A stretch of DNA of 64,000 nt, taken from assembly GCF_035084215.1 (NCBI RefSeq), contig NC_090337.1, positions 69,874,001 to 69,938,000 of the forward strand, read 5' to 3'. The notes beneath the pieces were generated by a model that was not told the origin of the DNA, did not search any database, and saw only the letters and a list, made by a program, of their open reading frames with translations. This DNA comes from Heptranchias perlo. Its lineage: Eukaryota. Made by a program: the position numbers and the translations under genes. Positions 39,101 through 50,930 of the stretch are shown here, in pieces (within the stretch, counting starts at the first letter, position 1; every line of letters begins with the position of its first letter).

Positions 39101-42100
39101 ACAGAAAAGAGGGGGGACTGGGGAACAGAATAGAGGGGGGACTGAGGAACAGAATAGAGGGGGGACTGGGGAACAGAATAGAGGGGGGACTGGGGAACAG
39201 AAAAGAGGGGGGACTGGGGAACAGAATAGAGGGGGGACTGAGGAACAGAATAGAGGGGGGACTGGGGAACAGAAGAGAGGGGGGACTGGGGAACAGAATG
39301 GAGGGGGGACTGGGGAACAGAATAGAGGGGGGACTGAGGAACAGAATAGAGGGGGGACTGAGGAACAGAATAGAGGGGGGACTGGGGAACAGAATAGAGG
39401 GTGGACTGGGGAACAGAATAGAGGGGGGACTGGGGAACAGAATAGAGGGGGGACTGGGGAACAGAATATAGGGGGGACTGGGGAACAGAATAGAGGGGGG
39501 ACTGAGGAACAGAATAGAGGGGGGACTGGGGAACAGAATAGAGGGGGGACTGGGGAACAGAATAGAGGGGGGACTGGGGAACAGAATAGAGGGGGGACTG
39601 GGGAACAGAAAAGAGGGGGGACTGAGGAACAGAATAGAGGGGGGACTGGGGAACAGAATAGAGGGTGGACTGGGGAACAGAATAGAGGGGGAACTGGGGA
39701 ACAGAATAGAGGGGGGACTGGGGAACAGAATAGAGGGTGGACTGGGGAACAGAATAGAGGGGGGACTGAGGAACAGAATAGAGGGGGGACTGGGGAACAG
39801 AATAGAGGGGGGACTGGGGAACAGAATAGAGGGGGGACTGGGGTACAGAATAGATGGGGGACTGAGGAACAGAATAGAGGGGGGACTGTGGAACAGAATA
39901 GAGGGGGGGACTGAGGAACAGAATAGAGGGGGGACTGGGGAACAGAATAGAGGGGGGACTGGGGAACAGAATAGAGGGTGGACTGGGGAACAGAATAGAG
40001 GGGGGACTGAGGAACAGAATAGAGGGGGGACTGGGGAACAGAATAGAGGGTAGACTGGGGAACAGAATAGAGGGGTGACTGAGGAACAGAATAGAGGGGG
40101 GACTGGGGAACAGAATAGAGTGGGGACTGGGGAACAGAATAGAGGGGGGACTGGGGAACAGAATAGAGGGGGGGACTGAGGAACAGAATAGAGGGGGGGA
40201 CTGGGGAACAGAATAGAGGGGGGACTGGGGAACAGAACAGAGGGGGGACTGGGGAACAGAATAGAGGGGGGACTCAGGAACAGAATAGAGGGGGGACTGA
40301 GGAACAGAATAGAGGGGGGACTGGGGAACAGAATAGAGGGGGGGACTGGGGAACAGAATAGAGGGGGGACTGAGGAACAGAATAGAGGGGGGACTGGGGA
40401 ACAGAACAGGGGGGGACTGGGGAACAGAATAGAGGGGGGACTGAGGAACAGAATAGAGGGGGGGACTGGGGAACAGAATAGAGGGTGGACTGGGGAACAG
40501 AATAGAGGGGGGACTGAGGAACAGAATAGAGGGGGGACTGGGGAACAGAAAAGAGGGGGGACTGGGGAACAGAATAGAGGGGCGACTGAGGAACAGAATA
40601 GAGGGGGGACTGAGGAACAGAATAGAGGGGGGACTGGGGAACAGAAGAGAGGGTGGACTGGGGAACAGAATAGAGGGTGGACTGGGGAACAGAATAGAGG
40701 GGGGACTGAGGAACAGAATAGAGGGGGGACTGGGGAACAGAACAGAGGGGGGACTGGGGAACAGAATAGAGGGGGGACTGGGGAAAAGAATTGAGGGGGG
40801 ACTGGGGAACAGAAAAGAGGGGGGACTGGGGAACAGAATAGAGGGGGGACTGGGGAACAGAATAGAGGGGGGACTGGGGAACAGAATAGAGGGTTGACTG
40901 GGGAACAGAATAGAGGGGGGACTGAGGAACAGAATAGAGGGGGGACTGGGGAACAGAATACAGGGGGGACTGGGGAACAGAATAGAGGGGGGACTGGGGA
41001 ACAGAATTGAGGGGGGACTGGGGAACAGAAAAGAGGGGGGACTGAGGAACAGAAAAGAGGGGGGACTGGGGAACAGAATAGAGGGGGGACTGGGGAACAG
41101 AAAAGAGGGGGGGACTTGGGAACAGAAAAGAGTGGGACTGGGGAACAGAATAGAGGGGGGACTGGGGAACAGAATAGAGGGGGGACGGAGGAACAGAATA
41201 GAGGGGGTACTGGGCAACAGAAAAGAGGGGGGACTGGGGATCAGAATAGAGGGGGGACGGAGGAACAGATTAGAGGGGGGACTGGGGAACAAAATAGAGG
41301 GGGGACTTGGGAACAAAATAGAGGGGGGACTGGGGAACAAAATAGAGGTGGGACTGGGGAACAAAATAGAGGGGGGACTGGGGAACAGAATAGAGGGGGG
41401 GACTGAGGAACAGAATAGAGGGGGGACTGGGGAACAGAATAGAGGGGGGACGGAGGAACAGAATAGAGGGGGGACGGAGGAACAGAATAGAGAAGGGACT
41501 GGGGAACAAAATAGAGGGGGGACTGAGGAACAGAATAGAGGGGGGACGGAGGAACAGAATAGAGGGGGGGACTGAGGAACAGAATAGAGGGTGGACGGAG
41601 GAACAGAATAGAGGGGGGACGGAGGAACAGAATAGAGGGGGGACTGAGGAACAGAATAGAGGGGGGACGGAGGAACAGATTAGAGGGGGGACTGGGGAAC
41701 AGAATAGAGGGGGGACTGAGGAACAGAATAGAGGGGGGATTGAGGAACAGAATAGAGGGGGGGCTGAGGAACAGAATAGAGGGGGGACGGAGGAACAGAA
41801 TAGAGGGGGGACTGGGGAACAGAATAGAGGTGGGGACTGAGGAACAGAATCGAGGGGGGACTGGGGAACAGAATAGAGGGGGGACTGGGGAACAGAAAAG
41901 AGGGGGGACTGGGGAACAGAATAAAGGGGGGACTGGGGAACAGAATAGAGGGGGGACTGAGGAACAGAATAGAGGGGGGACTGGGGAACAGAATAGAGGG
42001 GGGACTGGGTAACAGAATAGAGGGGGGACTGGGTAACAGAATAGAGGGGGGACTGGGGAACAGAATAGAGGGGGGACTGGGGAACAGAATAGAGGAGGGA

Positions 42101-45100
42101 CTGAGGAACAGAATATAGGGGGTACTGGGGAACAGAATATAGGGGGGACTGGGGAACAGAATAGTGGGGGGGACTGGGGAACAGAATAGAGGGGGGACTG
42201 GGGAACAGAACAGAGGGGGGACTGGGGAACAGAACAGAGGGTGGACTGGGGAACAGAATAGAGGGGGGACGGAGTAACAGAATAGAGGGGGGACGGAGGA
42301 ACAGAAAAGAGGGGGGACTGGGGAACAGAAAAGAGGGGGGACTGGGGAACAGAATAGAGGGTGGACTGGGGAACAGAATAGAGGGGGGACTGAGGAACAG
42401 AATAGAGGGGGGACTGAGAACAGAATAGAGGGGGGACTGAGGAACAGAATAGAGGGGGGACTGGGGAACAGAATAGAGGGTGGACTCAGGAACAGAATAG
42501 AGGGGGGACTGGCGAACAGAATAGAGGGGGGGACTGAGGATCAGGATAGAGGGGGGACTGGGGAACAGAATAGAGGGGGCACTGGGTAACAGAATAGAGG
42601 GGGGACTGTGGAACAGAATAGAGGGGGGACTGGGGAACAGAATAGAGGGGGGACTGGGGAACAGAATAGAGGGGGGACTGTGGAACAGAATAGAGGGGGG
42701 ACTGGGGAACAGAATAGAGGGGGGTCTGAGGAACAGAATAGAGGGGGGACGGAGGAACAGAATAGAGCGGGGGACTGAGGAACAGAATAGAGGGGGGGAC
42801 TGAGGAACAGAATAGAGGGGGGGACTGAGGAACAGAATAGAGGGTGGACGGAGGAACAGAATAGAGGGGGGACGGAGGAATAGAATAGAGGGGGGACTGA
42901 GGAACAGAATAGAGGGGGGACGGAGGAACAGATTAGAGGGGGGACTGGGGAACAGAATAGAGGGGGGACTGAGGAACAGAATAGAGGGGGGACTGAGGAA
43001 CAGAATAGAGGGGGGGCTGAGGAACAGAATAGAGGGGGGACTGAGGAACAGAATAGAGGGGGGACGGAGGAACAGAATAGAGGGGGGACTGAGGAACAGA
43101 ATAGAGGGGGGACTGAGGAACAGAATAGAGGGGGGATTGAGGAACAGAATAGAGGGGGGGCTGAGGAACAAAATAGAGGGGGGACGGAGGAACAGAATAG
43201 AGGGGGGACTGGGGAACAGAATAGAGGGGGGGACTGAGGAACAGAATCGAGGGGGGACTGGGGAACAGAATAGAGGGGGGACTGGGGAACAGAATAGAGG
43301 GTGGACTGAGGAAGAGAACAGAGGGGGGACTGAGGAACAGAATAGAGGGGGGGGACTGAGGAACAGAATAGAGGGGGGACTGAGGAACAGAATAGAGGGG
43401 GGACTGGGGAACAGAATAGAGGGGGGACTGGGTAACAGAATAGAGGGGGGACTGGGTAACAGAATAGAGGGGGGACTGGGTAACAGAATAGAGGGGGGAC
43501 TGGGGAACAGAATAGAGGGGGGACTGGGGAACAGAATAGAGGGGGGACTGGGGAACAGAATAGAGGGGGGACTGAGGAACAGAATATAGGGGGGACTGGG
43601 GATCAGAATAGAGGGGGGACTGGGGAACAGAACAGAGGGGGGGACTGGGGAACAGAATAGAGGGTGGACTGGGGAACAGAATAGAGTGGGGACGGAGGAA
43701 CAGAATAGAGGGGGGACGGAGGAACAGAAAAGAGGGGGGACTGGGGAACAGAAAAGAGGGGGGACTGGGGAACAGAATAGAGGGTTGACTGGGGAACAGA
43801 ATAGAGGGGGGGACTGAGGAACAGAATAGAGGGGGGACTGAGAACAGAATCGAGGGGGGACTGAGGAACAGAATAGAGGGTGGACTCAGGAACAGAATAG
43901 AGGGGGGACTGGGGAACAGAATAGAGGGGGGGACTGAGGATCAGAATAGAGGGAGGACTGGGGAACAGAATAGAGGGGGGACTGGGGAACAGAATAGAGG
44001 GGGGACTGGGGAACAGAATAGAGGGGGGACTGGGTAACAGAATAGAGGGGGGACTGTGGAACAGAATAGAGGGGGGACTGGGGAACAGAATAGAGGGGGG
44101 ACTGGGGAACAGAATAGAGGGGGGACTGGGGAACAGAATAGAGGGGGGACTGGGGAACAGAATATAGGGGGGACTGGGGAACAGAATAGTGGGGGGACTG
44201 GGGAACAGAATAGAGGGGGGACTGGGGAACAGAACAGAGGGGGGGACTGGGGAACAGAATAGAGGGTGGACTGGGGAACAGAATAGAGGGGGGACGGAGG
44301 AACAGAATAGAGGGGGGACGGAGGAACAGAAAAGAGGGGGGACTGAGGAACAGAAAAGAGGGGGGACTGGGGAACAGAAAAGAGGGGGGACTGGGGAACA
44401 GAATAGAGGGTGGACTGGGGAACAGAATAGAGGGGGGACTGAGGAACAGAATAGAGGGGGGACTGAGAACAGAATAGAGGGGGGACTGGGGAACAGAATA
44501 GAGGGTGGACTCAGGAACAGAATAGAGGGAGGACTGGGGAACAGAATAGAGGGGGGACTGAGAACAGAATAGAGGGGGGACTGAGGAACAGAATAGAGGG
44601 TGGACTCAGGAACAGAATAGAGGGAGGACTGGGGAACAGAATAGAGGGGGGGACTGAGGATCAGAATAGAGGGGGGACTGGGGATCAGAATAGAGGGGGG
44701 ACTGAAGATCAGAATAGAGGGGGGACTGGGGAACAGAATAGAGGGGGGACTGAGGATCAGAATAGAGGGGGGACTGAGGATCAGAATAGAGGGGGGACTG
44801 GGGAACAGAATAGAGGGGGGACTGGGGATCAGAATAGAGGGGGGACTGAAGATCAGAATAGAGGGGGGACTGGGGAACAGAATAGAGGGGGGACTGAGGA
44901 TCAGAATAGAGGGGGGACTGGGGATCAGAATAGAGGGGGGGCTGGGGATCAGAATAGAGGGGGGACTGGGGATCAGAATAGAGGGGGGACTGAGGATCAG
45001 AATAGAGGGGGTGCTGAGGATCAGAATAGAGGGGGGACTGGGGAACAGAATAGAGGGGGGACTGGGGAACAGAATAGAGGGGGGACTGGGGATCAGAATA

Positions 45101-45121
45101 GAGGGGGGACTGGGGATCAGA
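33136..45121. repeat. ~12-kb purine-rich 24-bp satellite (GGACTGGGGAACAGAATAGAGGGG), ~500 copies
   Basis: Direct periodicity, with G4 and G6 runs in each unit. Source of the 2750-aa, 1253-aa and 633-aa low-complexity ORFs. Confidence 0.98.
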
Positions 45122-45265
45122 GGTACAGAGGGAAGATTTGTAGCAAATTCTTATTGCCACTTAAATGACCGATGGCTGCCAAGAGTGGACGTTGGTTGCC
45201 TCAATAGTTCATTGGTCCCACTGGCCAACATTGACTTATTGCCCAGAATGGGCTTGTTAGCGATA

Positions 45266-46861
45266 CACGTGACAACAAGAAATGACTGAGTGCACTGGAT
45301 ACAGCAAAGGCTATAGGCCCCGACACATCCCGGCTGTCGTGCTGAAGACTTGTGCTCCAGAACCAGCTGCACCTCTCGCCAAGCTGTTCCAGTACAGCTA
45401 CAACACTGGCATCTACCCAACAATGTGGAAAATTACCCAGGTATGTCCTGTCCACAAAAAGCAGGACAAATCCAATCCGGCCAATTACCGCCCCATCAGT
45501 CTCCTCTCAATCATCAGCAAAGTGATGGAAGGTGTCGTCGACAGTGCCATCAAGCGGCACTTACTCACCAATAACCTGCTCACCGATGCTCAGTTTGAGT
45601 TCCGCCAGGACCACTCAGCTCCAGACCTCATTACAGCCTTGGTCCAAACATGGACAAAAGAGCTGAATTCCAGAGGCGAGGTGAGAGTGACTGCCCTTGA
45701 CATCAAGGCAGCATTTGACCGAATGTGGCACCTAGGAGCCCTAGTAAAATTGAAGTCAATGGGAATTAGGGGGAAAACCCTCCAGTGGCTGGAGTCTTAC
45801 CTAGCACAAAGGAAGATGGTAAAGGGTGTTGGAGGCCAATCATCTCAGCCCCATGACATTGCTGCGGGAGTTCCTCATGGCAGTGTCCTAGGCCCAACCA
45901 TCTTCAGCTGCTTCATCAATGACCTTCCCTCCATCATAAGGTCAGAAATGGGGATGTTCGCTGACAATTGCACAGTGTTCAGTTCCATTCACAACCCCTC
46001 AGATAATGAAGCAGTCCGAGCCTGCATGCAGCAAGACCTGGACAACATCCAGGCTTGGGCTGATAAGTGGCAAATAACATTCGCACCAGAAAAGTGCCAG
46101 ACAATAACCATCTCCAACAAGAGAGAGTCGAACCACCTCGCCTTGACATTCAATGGCATTACCATTGCCGAATCCCCCACCATCAACATCCTGGGGGTCA
46201 CCATTGACCAGAAACTTTACTGGACCAGCCACATAAATACTGTAGCTACAAGAGCAGGTCAGAGACTGAGTATTCTGTGGCGAGTGATTCACCTCCTGAC
46301 TCCCGAAAGCCTTTCCACCATCTGCAAGGCACAAGTCAGGAGTGTGATGGAATACTCCCCACTTGCCTGGATGAGTGCAGCTCCAACAACACTCAAGAAG
46401 CTCGACACGATCCAGGACAAAGCAGCCCGCTTGATTGGCACCCCATCCACCACCCTAAACATTCACTCCCTTCACCACCGGCGCACTGTGGCTGCAGTGT
46501 GTGCCATCCACAGGATGCACTGCAGCAACCCGCCAAGGCTTCTTCGACAGCACCTCCCAAACCCGCGACCTCTACCACCTAGAAGGACAAGAGCAGCAGG
46601 CACATGAGAACAACACCACCTGCACGTTCCCCTCCAAGTCACACACCATCCCGACTTGGAAATATATCGCAGTTCCTTCATCATCGCTGGGTCAAAATCC
46701 GGGAACTCCCTTCCTAACAGCACTGTGGGAGAACCTTCACCACATGGACTGCAGCGGTTCAAGAAGGCAGCTCACCACCACCTTCTCAAGGGCAATTAGG
46801 GATGGGCAATAAATGCCGGCCTTGCCAGCGATGCCCACATCCCATGAACGAATAAAAAAAA
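45266..46861 (+). mobile_element. Family-B LINE (CR1/L2-group non-LTR retrotransposon), 5'-truncated, RT frame open for 441 aa
   Basis: ORF 45282-46607 contains NYRPISLLSIISKVME, LDIKAAFD, GVPHGSVLGP, FADN, LGVTID and EYSPLAW. Ends in AATAAAAAAAA. Confidence 0.93.
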
Positions 46862-48304
46862 GTATCTGTGCGAGCTCTAGTAATACAGGGCCTTTGAAGT
46901 ATCCTGTGAAGCAACAGCAAAATGTAACTTCCTGACTTTTAGTGACTTGGCACTTCGCTGTCACCAGTTATGAGCCTGAGGAACAAAACGTAGGCACAAG
47001 GTAGAGTCCTTAAAACAGCAATCCAGTCATTCACAGTGGGGTGAGGGGTGGGGGCGATGAGATGATGCTTCATCAGTTTAATTGACAATCTCTCACTTCT
47101 TCGCTATTCATTCTTCCCATCAAATATCTCAGTGAGCAGCACGGTGTTGTGCAGTGGAGATTCAATGATTCCTTATCACCATTTACCATCACAAGATAAC
47201 CCCCCACCTCAGCAATTGGACACTTACATTTGTCTCAGTCCAGCTAGCAGGAGATAACAAACATCACTCACTGGATGGCCTCTCATTAAGAAACATTATC
47301 TCACTCTGCTTAAGGTTTATTCCTGCAATGACTGCAATAATTGCACTGGAAACATGTCGTTTGCAAGCATTAATGTGATTTTTACGATCTAACAAGGAAT
47401 TATGCTGCAGGCAGTTCTAACAAGGAATGTTTTTTTCAGCACAATGGAATTAATCATGGAGCTTGCAGCTTGCACAATCTTTTATTTATTTATTTGCTGT
47501 GCAATTGAACTGTTTGTTTTTGGTGAGCAATTAATGTTAATTTGCCTCAAATCAATAAGCATTGTTTTTCAACTGCCTAGAAAAATACAGCGAAGCTAAT
47601 TTTGTTTTAATGACATCTGCACAGAAAATATAGACTGTGTCTAGATTTGAGGGGTGGGGGGGTGGTGGGGAGTTAATTGTCTGGCAAATCAGTGGCATTT
47701 ATACAGTTTGTGAGTCTTGTGCAATGTCATTTAAATCTGCGTTTATTGTCATAAGCTCTGTCCTCCTGAGTACACCATGGGAAGCATTCATTGTAAACCT
47801 TGCTGTGTAAATAGAGGGTGTTAAAATCTCTCCAGCTCGAAATGAGTACAGAAAGCTGTTTTAGTGTCCCCAGAGTGCTCCTGTGTTTAATTCGTCCTCC
47901 TCTGTTTGAAGGAGGGGGACATTTGAAGGATGATTCCGAATAATTTGCAAGTATTGTAAGTATTGCCTCTGCTGATCTGAGCTTTCTTCCATTGTAACGA
48001 ATGTCCTGTAAACAGCCAGGGCTCTTGATTCCGACAGTGTAATATAGTTTTTAGCAGAGTCCCACGCATTGAACTGCCTCTTCCTCGCTCCAATTGGATG
48101 GGTCTCTCTGCTCAGCGGTTTATTTATTATTACTTCCCATTTTATGAGGCAAGAAGTGAGATTGAGTTCTTAAGTGGAATTTGCTTTGACTGTTACTCTG
48201 TATGTTGTTATTCTGTGAAATAAAGCAGCGTAATGATTCACACCTGGCCTCCTCTCTCCAAGTGTTTCTCTGTCTGCCTTGTTAAAAAAAATTGGAGAAA
48301 GAAC

Positions 48305-48662
48305 GAGAAAGAACTTGGATTTCTATCGTGCTTTTCACATCCTCAGGACGTCCCAAAGTGTTTTACAGCCAATGAAGTACGTTTGAAGTGCAGTCACTGC
48401 TGTAATGTAGGAAACACAGCAGCCAATTTGCGCACAGCAAGTTCCCACAAACAGCAATATGATAATGACCATTATCTGTTTTAGTGATGTTGGTTAAGGG
48501 ATGATGTTGATCAAGGATACCGGGGAGAATTCCCCTGCTCTTCTTCGAAATAGTGCCATGGGATCTTTTATGTCCACCCGAGAAGGCAGACAGGGCCTCA
48601 GTTAAAGGTCTCATCTGAAAGACAGCACCACTGACAGAGCAGCACTCCCTCAGTACTGCATT
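48305..48662 (-). mobile_element. Deu-domain tRNA-SINE lacking its head
   Basis: Reverse complement of the SINE body (GCCATGGGATCTTTTA, CACTCCCTCAGTACTGCA). Confidence 0.8.
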
Positions 48663-49904
48663 GGAGAAGCACAGTGAGGGTACAATATCCAGTTCAGACT
48701 GCAAGGGGATTCTATTATTATGCCCTTGAGTTATGTAATTGTTTAATTGATAGTGGGCTGTGTGGGCATACTCCTGAACATAAGACCCTCCAGACTGCTT
48801 ACAGTAGTAACCAATACTCCTATACCCGAGACAATATCTAAGGCAAACCTAAAACTTGATCATTTCCAGTGGGCAGACAAAGCTTCCGCCTGAAATGGGC
48901 TGCTGGAGCACATTTACAACACCTGCTCCGTCTTTTTATGGCCAGGTTTAGACCCAAACAAATGGGTGTCCAAAGCTGTGAGGTACTGAGGAGTACACAG
49001 AGGTAAATTTAAAGGGGCAGAAAGAGTAATACAGTTGTTTTCAGACCAGTTATTCTCTTTTTTGTGTGTGTGTGGCTTTCCTTTCTTCTGGCACTTAGGT
49101 TCATAGGCTCCTCGGTACTAGTTGTTTTAAATAATTTTTTGCAGCCAGCACTATTGCTGGCAACAACGGCGTTTTGCAACGGGAATCTCCCTATCTCGGG
49201 GGCTGGGAAGAAGCGGAGGACCATTGAAAGTACGCCAGGGGCGTCAGGCTGCAAGAGTCTGTGCACACCCGGACTTGCAGACAAAGGTGATCAGACGATT
49301 AGAGCTTGCAGAGGCTCCAACCTTGAAGGTAGGTTGTTACATTGTGACAGCAGACCCGATAGCACAAATATTCATGAAGACTGGATTAACTATTATGCTG
49401 GATGGAACTTCAGAAGCACCCAGTCATAGCATGTCATGCTTTACGTGCTATTGTACGAAATAAGGCCTGTCGGGTAAGCCTGTTTAGAGTCATCTTGGTG
49501 ACTGTGACCAACTATACCTGGCAACAACTGTGGGGAAAGATCGTCATAGGGTCCAGGCCAGCAGAGAGGCAGGTGCGAAGCTACACCATCTGCTGCAAGG
49601 ACACCTGCAGCTATTATGCAACACAGGGATGGCACAGCAGCGATAGTATTAACCAGTTGCAGCTTTAGCCTGCCCCCATCTCCCTTCAGGCATACTGCGA
49701 TGTGGACTTATTGAAATGATGCCAAGGCGGGACATGCAGGGTGACCCTCTTGGCGACCCATCACAGGCAGAACCTCCTCAACGTCAGCAGCCACCAAACT
49801 GGAGGGCTGCTCTGCCACATGCACAGGGACTCACAAGTGCACATGGCACTTTCTTTCACTTCTGAATCCTCTTCTGAATCTTGGCTTCTCTTCCTGCTCC
49901 CGCA

Positions 49905-50930
49905 CTGTTACCTCTGGAGTCCCCCAAGGATCTATCCTTGCCCCCCTCCTATTTCTCATCTACACGCTGCCCCTCGTGACATTATCCAAAAACACGTCAG
50001 ATTCCACATGTGCTCTGACGATACCCAGTTGTACCTCCCTCGATCCCTCCACTGTCTCTCATTTGTCACATTGCTTGACCGACAAGTAAAAATTTCCTCT
50101 AACTAAGTATTAGGAAGACCAAAGTCATTGATCCCTGCCACAAACTCCGTTCCCTAGCCACCGACTCCATCCCTCTCCCTGGTCACTGTCTGAGGCTGGA
50201 CCAGACCGTTCACAACCTTGGCTTCCTATTTGACCCTGGGATGAGCTTCCGACCCCATATCCGGTCCATCACTAAGACCGCCTACTTCCACCTCTGTAAC
50301 ATCACCTGTCTCCGCCCCTGCCTCATCTCATCTGCAGAAACCCTGATTCATACCTTTGCTACCTCCAGACTGGTCTATTCCAATGCTCTCCCGACTGGCC
50401 TCCCATCTTCCACCCACTATAAACTTGACCTCATCCAATACTCTGCAGTCTGTATCCTAACTGGCACCAAGTCCCGTTCTCCCATCACCCTTGTGATCGC
50501 TGACCTACATTGGCTCCCAGTCCGGGGATGCCTCAATTTTAAAATTCCCATCCTCGTTTTCAAATCCCTCCATGGCCTCGCCCCTTACTATCTTTGTAAC
50601 CTCCTCCAGCCCGACAACCCTCTTGATCTCTGCGCTCCTCCAATTCCTGCCTCTTGCATATCCCGAATTTTAATTGCTCCACCTTTGGCGGCCTTCCCTC
50701 AGTTCCCTAGGCCCTAAGCTGTGAAATTCCCTCCCTAAACCTCTCCGCCTCTCTCTCCTCCTTTTAAGACGCTCCTTAAAACCTATTTCTTTGACCGAAC
50801 TTTTGGTCACCTTTTCTAATATCTCCTTTGTGGCTCAGTGTCAAATTTTCTTTAATAACGCTCCTGTGAAGTGCCTTGGGTCGTTTTACTATGTTAAAGA
50901 CACTATATAAATGCAAGTTGTTGTTGTTGT
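49905..50930 (+). mobile_element. L2-type LINE, decayed RT and 3' end
   Basis: GVPQGSIL-like, FHMCSDDTQLY, KTAYFHL.NI..LRP, SRL.YSNAL and LHWLPV motifs; (GTT)n tail. Confidence 0.9.

Noticed and set aside
33024-43171. 2750-aa, 1253-aa and 633-aa Pro-rich minus-strand ORFs as a mucin- or extensin-like gene
   Set aside because: The pyrimidine strand of the 24-bp unit has no stop codon in any frame. The ORFs drift between the three phases via 1-bp indels, so no reading frame is being conserved.
49009-49668. Cluster of overlapping 60-120-aa ORFs in unique sequence
   Set aside because: No recognisable domain or splice structure. Lengths are within chance expectation.
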